DNA of 50,311 nucleotides from Candidatus Methylomirabilales bacterium (lineage in GTDB: Bacteria > Methylomirabilota > Methylomirabilia > Methylomirabilales > CSP1-5), in the NCBI GenBank assembly GCA_046758505.1, contig JBHIAH010000013.1:1-50311 (forward strand), given 5' to 3'. The first letter of the stretch is position 1. Every line of letters begins with the position of its first letter. This document shows positions 27,493 to 39,669 of the stretch, in pieces. The notes beneath the pieces were generated by a model. It saw nothing but the letters and a program-made list of their open reading frames with translations, did not search any database and was not told the DNA's origin. The position numbers and the translations under genes were made by a program.

Positions 27493-28749
27493 TCAGCCCT
27501 CCACCCGCCGAATCTCCCCACCCAGGGACTGCAGCTTCGCTTCCAGCCGCTCGTACCCTCGATCCAGGTGATAGACGCGATCGACCACGGTTTCTCCGCG
27601 GGCCTGCAATCCCGCCAACACCAAGGAGGCGCTGGCGCGGAGATCGGTCGCCATCACGGGAGCCCCCCGGAGGAATGGCACACCGCGGACCAGGGCCAGC
27701 CGACCGCTCACCGTAATATCCGCTCCCATCCGCACGAGCTCAGAGATGTGCATAAAGCGGTTCTCGAAGACGGTCTCGGTGATGGCGGACCTGCCGTCGG
27801 CGACCGTCATCAGCGCCATAATCTGCGCCTGCATATCGGTGGCGAAGCCGGGAAAGGGCGCGGTGGTGATATCCACCGGTCGAGACCGGGCAGCCATCCG
27901 TACCCGAAGTCCTCCCTCCTCCGCCGCTACCGACACCCCCGCCTCCTGGAGTTTTGTCGTCACCGCTTCGCAGTGGTGGGGAAAGCACCCCTGGATCAAG
28001 ACATCGCCTTGGGTGATGGCCGCCGCCACCGCAAGGGTCCCCGCTTCAATCCGATCCGGAATCGTCCGGTGTAGGGCCCCTCCCAGGTCTGTGACCCCCT
28101 CGACGGTGATGGTGGACGTCCCCGCCCCCTCGATCTGGGCCCCCATCTTTTGGAGGAGACGGGCCAAGTCTTCTACCTCGGGTTCGCAGGCGGCATTTTC
28201 GAGGACCGTGGTCCCCTTGGCTAAGGCCGCCGCCATCATGAGATTGGCGGTGCCCGTGACCGTGACCGTTTCAAAGCAGAGGCGGGCACCATTGAGACAA
28301 GGCGCCTTGGCCACCACATATCCTTCCACGAGGTCGATCTCTGCTCCCATCCTGTGGAGCCCATCCAGATGCAGGTTGATAGGCCGGGGTCCAATGGCAC
28401 ACCCCCCCGGAAGCGAGACCCGGGCCTTTCCGAAACGGGCGAGCAGAGGACCCAGCACTAGGACCGACGCCCGCATGGTCCGCACAAGATCGTAGGGAAC
28501 TTCGAACCGCCGGACCGCCCGCGAGCTGAGACTGATGGTCCCCGGAGCCACGGCACGTGACTCTACCCCCATGAAGCGGAGCAGCGTCTCGGTCGTGGCC
28601 ACATCTCCGAGCGAGGGGATGTTGTCGAGGACAAGCTCCTCAGGGGTGAGGAGGACTGCGGCCATGGCGGGGAGGGCGGCGTTCTTCGCCCCGCTCACCT
28701 CTACGCTGCCGCGCAATGGCTTTCCCCCCCGGATCACCAACCGGTCCAT
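27493..28749 (-). CDS. murA: UDP-N-acetylglucosamine 1-carboxyvinyltransferase
   Basis: [37 protein letters not shown]. Confidence 0.98.
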   Translation of the reverse strand: MDRLVIRGGKPLRGSVEVSGAKNAALPAMAAVLLTPEELVLDNIPSLGDVATTETLLRFMGVESRAVAPGTISLSSRAVRRFEVPYDLVRTMRASVLVLGPLLARFGKARVSLPGGCAIGPRPINLHLDGLHRMGAEIDLVEGYVVAKAPCLNGARLCFETVTVTGTANLMMAAALAKGTTVLENAACEPEVEDLARLLQKMGAQIEGAGTSTITVEGVTDLGGALHRTIPDRIEAGTLAVAAAITQGDVLIQGCFPHHCEAVTTKLQEAGVSVAAEEGGLRVRMAARSRPVDITTAPFPGFATDMQAQIMALMTVADGRSAITETVFENRFMHISELVRMGADITVSGRLALVRGVPFLRGAPVMATDLRASASLVLAGLQARGETVVDRVYHLDRGYERLEAKLQSLGGEIRRVEG

Positions 28750-28750
28750 C

Positions 28751-29728
28751 TTACGCTCCGTGTATGCCCCACGCGGTCCCGGTGTCGGCCGAGGCCCCCG
28801 AGGCGTTATGCCCCCTGCCGCCCGGACCCATACAACGGGCGACGATCACCCGCTGCCGACCGCTCAAATCCGGCACGCTCGCCACATCGGTAAAGGTCCC
28901 CTCATCCCGAAGCAGCCCCGCGAGCGATCCCCCCTGCCCGGGCGCCATCTCCAGGGCCAACCATCCGCCAGGCCGGAGCAAAGCCGAAGTCCCTCTGATG
29001 ATCCGCCGGTGAAGGTCCAGGCCGTCCACGCCCCCATCCAAAGCCTCCACCGGCTCATAATGCACCTCGGGCGGCAAGGCCGCCAACTCGCCCCTGGTAA
29101 CGTACGGGGGGTTGCTCACGATCACGTCGCATCGACCAGCGAGGCCCCGGGCGAAAAGCGGCTCCAACAGGTCTCCCTGAAGGAAGGTGATCACGCCGAG
29201 GAGCTTGTGCGCTCCGGCATTTTCCCGAGCTATCGCCAGGGCCCTCCTGGACATCTCTGTCGCATAGATTCGGGCACAGGGGTACGTCTTCGCGATCGCC
29301 ACGGCGATCGCTCCGGAGCCACACCCGATATCGGCAGCCACGGGCGCCTGCCGGCCCGTGAGCCGCGTGAGGGCCGTCTCGACCAAGACCTCAGTCTCGG
29401 GCCTCGGGATCAGGACCGCAGGGGTCACCTGCAAGGGGAGGGACCAGAATTCCTTCGTCCCGGTAAGATAGGCCAGCGGCTCTCGGCGGTGCCGCCGCGC
29501 GATGAGGGTCCGATACCCGTCGAGCACCCGAGAGGGGAGTGGCCCGTCACCGACCGCATACAGGTGGAGACGGTCGCAGCCGAGCAGAGAAGCCAAAAGA
29601 CACTCGGCATCCAGCCGAGGGCTCTCCACCCCGGCAGATGTCAGGAGGGCAGTCGCCCATGCCAGGACCTCGCCGACAGAGGGACCCTGCGGGGTGCGAA
29701 CTCCTTCCGCCGTGATGAACACTCCCAC
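28751..29728 (-). CDS. prmC: Release factor glutamine methyltransferase
   Basis: [24 protein letters not shown]. Confidence 0.95.
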   Translation of the reverse strand: MGVFITAEGVRTPQGPSVGEVLAWATALLTSAGVESPRLDAECLLASLLGCDRLHLYAVGDGPLPSRVLDGYRTLIARRHRREPLAYLTGTKEFWSLPLQVTPAVLIPRPETEVLVETALTRLTGRQAPVAADIGCGSGAIAVAIAKTYPCARIYATEMSRRALAIARENAGAHKLLGVITFLQGDLLEPLFARGLAGRCDVIVSNPPYVTRGELAALPPEVHYEPVEALDGGVDGLDLHRRIIRGTSALLRPGGWLALEMAPGQGGSLAGLLRDEGTFTDVASVPDLSGRQRVIVARCMGPGGRGHNASGASADTGTAWGIHGA

Positions 29729-29749
29729 CGCCCTTCTCCCCCCTCGGGA

Positions 29750-30832
29750 TCATGATGCCGAGGAGGTCTTGAGTCGCTCCGCCTCGCCATGGGCCATGAG
29801 GGCTTGCGTCAACTCCGTGAGGTTGCCGTCCAGCACCTCTGGGAGATTGTAGAGCGTCAAACCGATGCGATGATCGGTCACCCGGCCCTGGGGAAAATTG
29901 TACGTCCGGATCCTCTCGCTCCGATCGCCCGTCCCGACCTGCTGTCGCCTCACGTCGGCGATTTCCCGTTCCTGCTCGGCCCGGGCCCGTTCCAGGAGGC
30001 GGGCTCGGAGGACCTTGAGGGCCTTAGCCTTGTTTTTATGCTGGGACCGTTCGTCCTGGCAGGAGACCACCAGCCCCGACGGGACGTGGGTGATCCGCAC
30101 CGCCGAGTCGGTGACGTTCACGTGCTGTCCCCCGTGACCGCTCGCCCGAAACACGTCCACCTGGAGATCCTTCGGGTCAACATGCACGTCGACCTCCTCT
30201 GCCTCGGGCAGGACCGCGATCGTCACCGTCGAGGTGTGAATCCGACCGCTGGCTTCTGTGGCCGGCACCCGCTGAACCCGATGGACACCACTCTCGTGCC
30301 GGAGCCTGCCGAAGACCCCCTTCCCCTCAATGGCCAGGATGACTTCCTTCATCCCGCCGATCCCCGTGGGATGGGCCGAGAGCATCTCGACCTTGAAGCT
30401 TTCGGATTCCGCGTACCGGGTGTACATCCGCAGAAGATCGGCGGCGAACAGCGCGGCCTCACCCCCGCCCGCCCCTGCCCGGATTTCCATGATCACTCCC
30501 TTCTCGTCCGCCGGATCTCTCGGAACGAGCATCTCCTGCAGCTCTCGCTCCAAGACCTCTTGTCGATCCGTCAGCGCCTTGAGTTCCCCCTCGACGAACG
30601 TCCGCATCTCGGAGTCGGTCGCCTCCTCAAGGAGGGTCGCCGCCTCCTCGTGCTCTCGCAGCAGTCGCCGGTAGGCCCGGTATTTTTCCACGAGGGGACG
30701 GAGGTCGGCGTGGGCCTTGGCATGGCGTTGAAAGGTGTTGAGATCCTGCAGAACGGAAGGATCCGCCAGGGTCTGGCTCAAACTTTCGTACCGCTCCTCG
30801 ATCTGCCGCAGCTTATCCAGCCAGGTCACCAT
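29750..30832 (-). CDS. prfA: Peptide chain release factor 1
   Basis: [12 protein letters not shown] (PxT motif), [14 protein letters not shown]. Confidence 0.97.
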   Translation of the reverse strand: MVTWLDKLRQIEERYESLSQTLADPSVLQDLNTFQRHAKAHADLRPLVEKYRAYRRLLREHEEAATLLEEATDSEMRTFVEGELKALTDRQEVLERELQEMLVPRDPADEKGVIMEIRAGAGGGEAALFAADLLRMYTRYAESESFKVEMLSAHPTGIGGMKEVILAIEGKGVFGRLRHESGVHRVQRVPATEASGRIHTSTVTIAVLPEAEEVDVHVDPKDLQVDVFRASGHGGQHVNVTDSAVRITHVPSGLVVSCQDERSQHKNKAKALKVLRARLLERARAEQEREIADVRRQQVGTGDRSERIRTYNFPQGRVTDHRIGLTLYNLPEVLDGNLTELTQALMAHGEAERLKTSSAS

Positions 30833-30898
30833 GAGAAAATGTTCACGCCACACCGGTCACCAACCAGCCCATTACGCGCCCGATCGGTGACCCATCGA

Positions 30899-31114
30899 TT
30901 ATGATTCTGGAGCCGTCTTGCGGCGATACCTCCGCTGGAACCGCTCCACACGCCCCTCGCTGTCCACGAGCTTTTGCCGCCCGGTGAAGAAAGGATGACA
31001 TTTGGAGCAGATCTCCACCCGGATCGTCGGGACAACCGACCGAGTCTGGATGGTCTCGCCACAGGCACAGGTGATGACACAGTCTACGTATTCAGGATGG
31101 ATGCCCTTTTTCAT
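30899..31114 (-). CDS. rpmE: 50S ribosomal protein L31, zinc-binding type
   Basis: MKKGIHPEY...CACG...[10 protein letters not shown]. Confidence 0.97.
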   Translation of the reverse strand: MKKGIHPEYVDCVITCACGETIQTRSVVPTIRVEICSKCHPFFTGRQKLVDSEGRVERFQRRYRRKTAPES

Positions 31115-31194
31115 CGCTGTCTCTCCCGTCTTGGACGCATGGGACCGCACCCCCTCCTGCCGTCTCGAATTGTAACACGCCTGACCCCCAGGGC

Positions 31195-31223
31195 AACAAA
31201 AAAGCAGCCTTGCGGCTGCTTTC
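31195..31223 (-). terminator. Intrinsic terminator downstream of rho
   Basis: AAAGCAGCC-GCAA-GGCTGCTTT followed by TTGTT on the minus strand. Confidence 0.75.
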
Positions 31224-31245
31224 CCGCCTGAAGTTGCACACCCAC

Positions 31246-31607
31246 CTAGCCCGGATTATTCACAGAGAAGTGAATACTCTGCCCTCCGGGCCGTTCGACA
31301 TGCTCACGGCCCCTCTGGTTGGAACCAGGGCCGAGGTTCCGAGTTCGTCGAGGGCCATTGGACAGGCTCATGGCCCCGAGCCCCGTCGAGGGGCTTCGAT
31401 GCCGCCCCGCGTTTGCGGGGCCTCGCTCAGGGCTAGGACCGTTCCACCTTGATACGCCGAATTTAAGCCGCCTGCCTTGTTAAAAGGCTCGTGATCGAAT
31501 GCAGCGAAGACGTTGGCGCAAATCGTTGGAACGGTACTCGCCTTGCGTCCCGCCCCAGCGGCGGGACGCATTATTCACGAAGACACTCCGTTCGTGAATA
31601 ATGCGGG

Positions 31608-31611
<4 letters not shown>
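31246..31611. mobile_element. Non-autonomous MITE with 14-bp TIRs and CTAG target duplication
   Basis: CTAG-CCCGGATTATTCAC (31246-31263) ... GTGAATAATGCGGG-CTAG (31594-31611), 1 mismatch; no transposase ORF. Confidence 0.75.
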
Positions 31612-32975
<1,364 letters not shown>

Positions 32976-33269
32976 GGTGCTTTCCCTTCCCCCCTTCTCC
33001 TTTTGGTCGCCCGACCCGTAGTCCGCCGGTCTTTTCATCGTCTCACGCTACCGTCCACACCGCCCCTGGCGACGACAGTTCGATGCAGCAACACGCGCGA
33101 TCGCCCGAGATACAGTGTGTCCGGCGGAATGTTTTGCTCCGTTGACGTGCAGTATCCGATACCAGGGGATCTCCCGAGGCTGATCAGATGATCAGAGTAG
33201 CTGGGGTACGGTGGTGGAATACGCTTGAGCGTGTTGAGGAGATACCACAAACAGGACTGTCTACCCATA

Positions 33270-33298
33270 ATACTAAGAACCCCTCCAGGCCTTGTCAA
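33270..33298 (-). promoter_or_regulatory. Putative sigma70 promoter of rho
   Basis: TTGACA-N17-TAGTAT. Confidence 0.55.
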
Positions 33299-33906
33299 GT
33301 TTTTTTTGAGCCCGTCCGGAGCATCGCCTCGTACACCTCCTCCACCCGGTGCTCCGTGACCCAAAACTCCCCTCCATTTTCAATCACGAAATCGGCCCGG
33401 CGCGCCTTCTCCCCCACGGACATTTGGCTCCGAATGCGGATCAAGGCCTCGTCCCGCGTCAGCCCCCGGTCTGCCATGAGGCGAGCCACCTGGACCTCCT
33501 CTGCGGCGGTGACAACCACGACCCAATCGAAGCGGTGCGCCGCCTCAGCCTCGATGAGGAGGGGGAGCTCGACGACGCAGAGGGGTACGCGTTGTCTCCG
33601 AAATTCAGCGAGGCGCTCTTCCACCGCCTTGACCAGGGGAGGATGGACGATGGTCTCGAGGCGTCGCCGCAACGTCTCATCACGAAAGACGATTTCTCCG
33701 AGCGATTTCCGGTCAATGCTGCCGTCGCGGTGCAGGATGGGAGTTCCAAAGGTCTCGACGATGGCCTCATACACCGCCGTTCCTGGCATTTGCAATTCTC
33801 GGACCATTTCGTCAGCATCCAGGACTGCAGCCCCCCGCTCCGCGAACATCCGCGCGACGGTACTCTTCCCCGTAGCGATCCCCCCCGTCAGCCCCACGCA
33901 GACCAT
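33295..33906 (-). CDS. coaE: Dephospho-CoA kinase
   Basis: VGLTGGIATGKSTV, IDRKSLG, LETIVHP. Confidence 0.96.
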   Translation of the reverse strand: MVCVGLTGGIATGKSTVARMFAERGAAVLDADEMVRELQMPGTAVYEAIVETFGTPILHRDGSIDRKSLGEIVFRDETLRRRLETIVHPPLVKAVEERLAEFRRQRVPLCVVELPLLIEAEAAHRFDWVVVVTAAEEVQVARLMADRGLTRDEALIRIRSQMSVGEKARRADFVIENGGEFWVTEHRVEEVYEAMLRTGSKKT

Positions 33907-33910
33907 ACGA

Positions 33911-34774
33911 TCAGAACATCCCCTGCCTCGCACCCTCAAGGCTCGCAAGCAGACGTGTAAACCCTAATCCACGGAAGAGCGCCCGAAGCCGCTCCCAATT
34001 GGGCCGCGACGGGTGCCACAGCCCGGCAGGAATGGACACGGGAAGGTCGGTCCGGATGGTGACGAGGGCACGGTTCATCCGGATCCGCTCGGCATGGCTC
34101 CTCAGGGCGTCGCGGAGCTTTGGCCGCTTGACACGATCGAGGGACCCGAGGAGATGCTCCACCGTCCCAAATTCTTGGATCAGAGCGCTAGCCGTCTTCT
34201 CCCCCACGCCCGGCACTCCCGGGATGTTATCGACGGCGTCCCCCGTGAGACTCATCAGGTCCGCCATGGCCTGCGGCGGCACCCCATATCGACCCTCAAC
34301 CTCTCCGATCCGATAGGTCTTGTCACGCATGGGATCGTACACCTGGACGGCAGGACCCACCAGCTGCAACAGATCCTTATCGCCCGAGACAATGGTTACC
34401 TGGACCCCATCGGCAGCCGCGCGGGTTGCGACCGTCCCGATAATGTCATCCGCCTCGGTCCCCTCCTCCATCAGGGCCGGAACGTTGAGCGCCTCCACCA
34501 CCTGATAGATATAAGGGACCTGGGATGCCAGCGCATCGGGCATGGGCGGACGCTGTGCCTTATACGCCTCGAACTCCCGGTGGCGCTCCGTTTCCCCTCC
34601 GGCATCGAACACTACTGCCACATGGTCCGGCGCGCGTTCCCGTAGGACCTTCAGCAACATGGTGGTAAAGCCATAGATCGCACCAGTCGGGAGCCCCTGG
34701 ACAGTGCTCAGGGGGGGAAGGGCATGGAAGGCTCGATAGATATAGGACGTCCCGTCAATGAGGTACAGCTGCAT
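33911..34774 (-). CDS. Stand-alone 5'-3' exonuclease (PolA N-terminal/flap endonuclease domain only)
   Basis: LYLIDGTSYIYRAFHA, EADDIIGT, SGDKD, GDAVDNIPGVPGVGEKTA; stop after ~287 aa. Confidence 0.9.
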   Translation of the reverse strand: MQLYLIDGTSYIYRAFHALPPLSTVQGLPTGAIYGFTTMLLKVLRERAPDHVAVVFDAGGETERHREFEAYKAQRPPMPDALASQVPYIYQVVEALNVPALMEEGTEADDIIGTVATRAAADGVQVTIVSGDKDLLQLVGPAVQVYDPMRDKTYRIGEVEGRYGVPPQAMADLMSLTGDAVDNIPGVPGVGEKTASALIQEFGTVEHLLGSLDRVKRPKLRDALRSHAERIRMNRALVTIRTDLPVSIPAGLWHPSRPNWERLRALFRGLGFTRLLASLEGARQGMF

Positions 34775-34903
34775 GGCCTGTACGGGTCGGGGACGCGGGT
34801 GCACGGGGAGTACGCCCGCGTCGGATGATGGGAGCAGTATCAGATTTGCCTCCCAAAGTCAACGCGTTCGCCAGGGAGCCGATCACGGGATACGCATCAC
34901 CGC

Positions 34904-35629
34904 TCAGCGAAGGTCACCCCAGCGGTGCTGGAGAATTGCCATGGCGGCCACGGCTGCGGTTTCCGCCCGCAGGGTCCTGGGTCCCAGGGAGGCTGGAACA
35001 AAACCGGCCTTACCCAGCAGGGCCACCTCGTCCGTCTCGAGTCCCCCCTCCGGACCGACCAGGATCGTGACCTCATTCGCGGGGGGGACGCGATCGAGCA
35101 GCGCAGCGAACGTCCCCACCTCCTCTCCTTCCCAAAGGACAACCGCCGTCCCCCGGCGCGACCCGCTCACGCACGTCTCAAGGGGGCGCGGCCCGGTGAG
35201 CCTTGGGACACGCAGACGACCCGATTGCTCTGCCGCCTCGATGGCAATCCGGCTCCAGCGACCCACCTTTCCTCCACCCTCAGCCACCGTCCGCCTGGTC
35301 GAGACGAGGACGACCTCGGCCACCCCCATCTCTGTCACTTTCTGGATGAGATAATCCATCTTGGCCCCCTTCAACACCCCCTGGAGGAGCACCACCCGAA
35401 GGGGGGACTCGCTCTGCGGTCTGCGCTCCGCCACGACCCGACCGACGACTTGTCGGGAAGGGGTCGCCAGGATCTCAACCTCCCACTCCCGCCCGCTGCC
35501 GTTAAAGGTCAGGAGCCGACTGCCCGCCCCCCTCCGGAGCACGCGGGTGATCTGCCGCCCCTGGGCGGGGCTGAATCGCACTTCGCTCCCGAGCCGGTGC
35601 TCCCCGGTCACGTAAAAACGATCCATCAC
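34904..35629 (-). CDS. rsmE: 16S rRNA m3U1498 methyltransferase
   Basis: QKVTEMGV, EAAEQSGR, VGPEGG, LGPRTLRAETA. Confidence 0.95.
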   Translation of the reverse strand: MMDRFYVTGEHRLGSEVRFSPAQGRQITRVLRRGAGSRLLTFNGSGREWEVEILATPSRQVVGRVVAERRPQSESPLRVVLLQGVLKGAKMDYLIQKVTEMGVAEVVLVSTRRTVAEGGGKVGRWSRIAIEAAEQSGRLRVPRLTGPRPLETCVSGSRRGTAVVLWEGEEVGTFAALLDRVPPANEVTILVGPEGGLETDEVALLGKAGFVPASLGPRTLRAETAAVAAMAILQHRWGDLR

Positions 35630-35814
35630 GAACCGTCCAACGTCCGACGTCCGTCGTCGAGGTACAACATCACCGTTCCGGAGGTTTTGATTTCAGACGT
35701 CATGGGAAACGCACCGCGGGGAGCTCTTGCCCGTACGCCAGTGCGGAGAGAGCAAGAATGGGTCCTGCAACAAGAAGGAGAACACCCCCTGGAGACGATA
35801 ATTCGTCGACCGAT

Positions 35815-36915
35815 TTATCCCCCGAAGAGCTCCCGGACCTTTTCGAAGAAGCCCGTGCTCAGGGGAGTTCCCTCTCCGTTCTCCAGGCGATGAAGCTCCT
35901 CCAGGAGCTCCCGCTGTTTGTGGGTGAGGCGGGTGGGAATCTCAACCAAAACCTTGACCCGGAGATCCCCGCGACCGTAGCCTCGGAGACTGGGGAGGCC
36001 ATGGCCCCCGAAACGAAACTCCGTCCCCGGCTGGGTCCCGGGCGGAATGTGAATTGGGATCATTCCGCCGAGGGTGGGAACCTGGGCCTCACCGCCCAGG
36101 GCAGCTTGCGTGAAGCCGATAGGAAGTTCACACGTCAAGTCATCCCCCTCCCGGCGGAAAATCGGATGCTCCAACACCTGGACCACCACGTAGAGATCAC
36201 CGGGGGGCCCTCCTCTGATCCCTGCCTCCCCCTCGCCACTGATGCGCAGCCGGGTCCCGGTCTCCACGCCCGGGGGAACCTTCACCGTCACCGTCCGTTC
36301 TCTTCTGAGGCGTCCTTCCCCGTCACACGTCCGGCAGGGGGAACCAATGATCCTCCCCTCCCCCCTACAGCGATGACAGGTCTGGTTCACCGTGAGGAAG
36401 CCTCGCGAGAACCCGATCTGACCTCTCCCGCGGCAGGCTGGGCAGGTTTCGAGTCGTGTCCCCGGCTTCGCCCCGGTGCCGCCGCAGCTCTCACACGCCT
36501 CCAGTCGCGGAACGCCGATTTCTTTCTTCGCGCCCTTGGCAACTTCTTCTAACGTGACGGAAAGGGCATAGCGGAGGTCTGCCCCCCGGTGGGCAGCGGT
36601 CCGCCCGCCAAACCCTCCAAAAAACCCCTCGAGAATGTCTTCGAAAAGCCCCCCGAAGCCCATGCCGAAGTCGGCATAGCCCTCAGCCGTCCGTGGGCCA
36701 CCGACGGTGCCATACCGGTCGTATTCCAGCCGCCGCTCCGGGCTCGACAGGACCTCGTAGGCTTCGTTGATCTCTTTGAACTGGTCCGCCGCCGCGGGGT
36801 CGTCGGGATTCTTATCGGGATGGAATTTCAGGGCCAGGCGGCGATAGGCCTTCTTGACCTCCTCAGGGGGGGCATTCCGCGAGACCCCGAGAATCTGGTA
36901 GTAGTCCTTACTCAC
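35815..36915 (-). CDS. dnaJ: Chaperone DnaJ
   Basis: J domain with HPD, G/F-rich region, four CxxCxGxG motifs. Confidence 0.97.
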   Translation of the reverse strand: MSKDYYQILGVSRNAPPEEVKKAYRRLALKFHPDKNPDDPAAADQFKEINEAYEVLSSPERRLEYDRYGTVGGPRTAEGYADFGMGFGGLFEDILEGFFGGFGGRTAAHRGADLRYALSVTLEEVAKGAKKEIGVPRLEACESCGGTGAKPGTRLETCPACRGRGQIGFSRGFLTVNQTCHRCRGEGRIIGSPCRTCDGEGRLRRERTVTVKVPPGVETGTRLRISGEGEAGIRGGPPGDLYVVVQVLEHPIFRREGDDLTCELPIGFTQAALGGEAQVPTLGGMIPIHIPPGTQPGTEFRFGGHGLPSLRGYGRGDLRVKVLVEIPTRLTHKQRELLEELHRLENGEGTPLSTGFFEKVRELFGG

Positions 36916-37534
36916 CGCCTCTCCCCTCTGACCGACCTTCTGCCTCCACCGACGCGGCAACATCGGTGGAGACCTTGACCAGGGCGGGGCGGAGCACCTT
37001 CTGGTTCAGGAGGTACCCCCGGAGGACCTCCTCCACGACGGTGTTCTCGGGGTGATCGGTCGCTCGCACCTGCTCGACGGCGTGATGGACGGTTGGATCG
37101 AACGGCCGTCCGACGGTCTCGATGGCTTTCACCCCTTCCTTCTCCAGCACCCCCTTGAAGAGGCGGAGGGTGATTTCCACTCCCTCGATCAGCGTCTCAT
37201 TCGCCTGAGACGATGCGGCCGAGGAACGCGCCGCGGCGAGGGCCCGCTCGAGATTATCCAGCACCGGCAGAAACTCGAGCAGGAGTCCCTCGTGCGCGGT
37301 TCGGATCAGTTCGGCGCGCTCCCGCATCACCCGTTTGCGGTAATTGTCAAAGTCAGCCGCGAGGCGGAGATATCGATCCTGGAGCTCCTGGAGCTCGTGG
37401 GCCTGCGCCGTCATCCCCTGCGACAGATTCTCTCCACCGGCCGCCTCATCAGGTGGTCCCGCCCCTTCAGCGACCGGAGCCGCCTGTCGCTCCTCGCCCG
37501 ATTCCAACTCCTCTTGCGACCGCTCCTCAGACAT
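36908..37534 (-). CDS. grpE: Nucleotide exchange factor GrpE
   Basis: [41 protein letters not shown]. Confidence 0.97.
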   Translation of the reverse strand: MSEERSQEELESGEERQAAPVAEGAGPPDEAAGGENLSQGMTAQAHELQELQDRYLRLAADFDNYRKRVMRERAELIRTAHEGLLLEFLPVLDNLERALAAARSSAASSQANETLIEGVEITLRLFKGVLEKEGVKAIETVGRPFDPTVHHAVEQVRATDHPENTVVEEVLRGYLLNQKVLRPALVKVSTDVAASVEAEGRSEGRGGE

Positions 37535-37598
37535 CCTCAGTGCCCCTAAAGGCAAAAGGCGAGAGGAAAGCCTCCCGCCATCGCGATCCCAGCTTTCG

Positions 37599-38648
37599 CT
37601 ACGAAGCGACTTCCGTCAAGGCCCGGCTGACCAGGTTGGCGGTGAAGTCCACGAGTGAGACGATTTTCCCGTACTCCATCCGAGTCGGGCCGATCACCCC
37701 GAGCGTGCCCAGCAGGTGCTCCCCGCACCAATAGGGCGCCGTCACCAGGCTCACGCGTTGCAATTCCCGGACAACGTTTTCCGACCCAATCAGGATGGTC
37801 AGCTCCTCTTGGGCCAAGCACTGGTCGAGGATCTTCACCAGCTTCGATGTCTCTTCGAAGGCCAGAAAGATGGCTCGCATCTTCTCGACATCGGCAAACT
37901 CTGGCTGATGCATGATGTTGGCCGTCCCGCCGATGTAGACCTCCCCCTCCATGTCTCCCGCAAAGCTTTCCCGGCCCAGCTTGAGGGCCCGGTGGAGGAG
38001 TTCGTCATACCTCGCCTTCTCCTCGGCCATCTTCTTCACCAGAAGCTGTCGCACCTGGGACAGGGACATCCCCTCAACCAGCGAATTGAGCAGCCGGGCG
38101 ATCTTGTTTAAGTCCTCCTGGAGAATCACCTCGTCCAGGATAACCACCCTGTGCTGGACCTGCCCCGACGTGGTGATCAGGATGACGAGGACCCGCTCCG
38201 CCGACAAGTGGACGAACTCGATCCGCTTCACCGCCAACTGGTCCACCCGCGGCGCGAGGACGACGCCGACCGCGCGCGAAAGGGCCGAGAGGAGCCGCGT
38301 GGCTTCCCGCATTAGGTCCTCCATCTCCCCCCGGACGGGACGAAATTGCCTCTCGATCATGGTCGCTTCCGCCCGGGTGAGCGGGCGTCGATCCATCAGG
38401 CTGTCCACGTAACACCGGTATCCCAAATCGGTCGGGACCCTGCCGGCGGAGGGATGGGGCTGGGAGAGATAGCCGAGCTCCGCGAGGTCGGCCATGACAT
38501 TCCGAATCGTGGCCGCGCTCAGTCGAAACCCGTACTTTCGGGCAACGCTCCGGGACCCGACGGGCTCCGCACTCGAAATATAATCCTGGATGATCGCCCG
38601 CAAGACCTCTCGCTGCCGTTCGGTCAACTCGGCTGACGTCCCGTGCAT
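37599..38648 (-). CDS. hrcA: Heat-inducible transcription repressor
   Basis: EPVGSR, SAATIRNVMADL, PHPSAGRVPT, GPTRMEY; in-frame upstream starts to 38771. Confidence 0.96.
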   Translation of the reverse strand: MHGTSAELTERQREVLRAIIQDYISSAEPVGSRSVARKYGFRLSAATIRNVMADLAELGYLSQPHPSAGRVPTDLGYRCYVDSLMDRRPLTRAEATMIERQFRPVRGEMEDLMREATRLLSALSRAVGVVLAPRVDQLAVKRIEFVHLSAERVLVILITTSGQVQHRVVILDEVILQEDLNKIARLLNSLVEGMSLSQVRQLLVKKMAEEKARYDELLHRALKLGRESFAGDMEGEVYIGGTANIMHQPEFADVEKMRAIFLAFEETSKLVKILDQCLAQEELTILIGSENVVRELQRVSLVTAPYWCGEHLLGTLGVIGPTRMEYGKIVSLVDFTANLVSRALTEVAS

Positions 38649-38837
38649 CAATACACCCTGCATTAGCCCCGATCCGAAATTTTCCCCGCGGCTCTGGAGT
38701 CGCCCATACGCCTCGATTCCGAGCAGCTCCTCGTGGACCACTTCAGGGGCGTGCGCATGGGACGCTCTCATCCCCTGATGGAAAGAATATATGGCCGGTC
38801 CCGAGGTCCTGATTCTCGATCTTCTTTCGAATCGGGG

Positions 38838-38864
38838 TTAGCACTCTCACCCCAAGAGTGCTAA
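38838..38864. promoter_or_regulatory. CIRCE operator
   Basis: Perfect TTAGCACTC-N9-GAGTGCTAA upstream of hrcA. Confidence 0.97.
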
Positions 38865-38879
38865 TCCCTCGTCACTTTG

Positions 38880-38908
38880 AAGATAAAGACCGGCTCCTGC
38901 CTTGTCAA
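38880..38908 (-). promoter_or_regulatory. Sigma70 promoter of the hrcA operon
   Basis: TTGACA-N17-TATCTT immediately upstream of CIRCE. Confidence 0.7.
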
Positions 38909-38956
38909 GGGGAAAAGGGGTGAGTCTGGGTTTTGGGGGTTGGGGGGAGGGAGATA

Positions 38957-39631
38957 TCAATGGATAACCTTGCCAATGCGATTCCAGCGCAGCCGACTTT
39001 CGGTCGAGTCCCAGGACCAGTAAATGATGAATGCCTCTCCCTCGACCTTGTGGACGTCCAGAAAACCCCAAAACCGGCTGTCTTGGCTGTGGTCTCGGTT
39101 GTCTCCGAGCACGAAGAGTTTGTCCTTTGGAACCGTGATCGGTCCATAAGAGTTCCCCGGCAACCGGAAGCGCGCAGGCATCTCGGGCGTATTGTATATG
39201 GGGTAGGACTCCTCCAGCGGCTTGCCGTTGATGTAGACCTGATGGTTCCGAACTTCGACGACCTCTCCTGGAAGGCCGATGACGCGCTTGATGAAGTCGC
39301 GGCTCTCATCATACGGAAATTTGAAGACGATAATATCCCCGCGCTTCGGAGTCCGGGGGCCGAGGACCCACGTATCCAGGACGGGGACGCGGATCCCATA
39401 AATGAACTTGCTGACGAGGATGTGGTCCCCCACCAGCAGGGTGGGGATCATGGAGCCGGAGGGGATCTTGAAGGCCTGGACCACGAACGTCCGGATAAAC
39501 AAGGCCAGGAGGAGCGCAACGACCAGTGCCTCTCCCCACTCCCGGGCAGCTGATTTCTGCCGCTCGCGAACCCCCACCCCTGCCGATTCGTCCCCCCGCA
39601 CGGGAGTCTCTCGCTCCTGGCCACGATGCAT
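38957..39631 (-). CDS. lepB: Signal peptidase I
   Basis: IPSGSMIPTLLVGD, FIKRVIG, GDNRDHSQDSRFWG. Confidence 0.96.
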   Translation of the reverse strand: MHRGQERETPVRGDESAGVGVRERQKSAAREWGEALVVALLLALFIRTFVVQAFKIPSGSMIPTLLVGDHILVSKFIYGIRVPVLDTWVLGPRTPKRGDIIVFKFPYDESRDFIKRVIGLPGEVVEVRNHQVYINGKPLEESYPIYNTPEMPARFRLPGNSYGPITVPKDKLFVLGDNRDHSQDSRFWGFLDVHKVEGEAFIIYWSWDSTESRLRWNRIGKVIH

Positions 39632-39669
39632 CGTTTCCCCACGTGGATGTCCGGCCACCCGCGTCCGGA

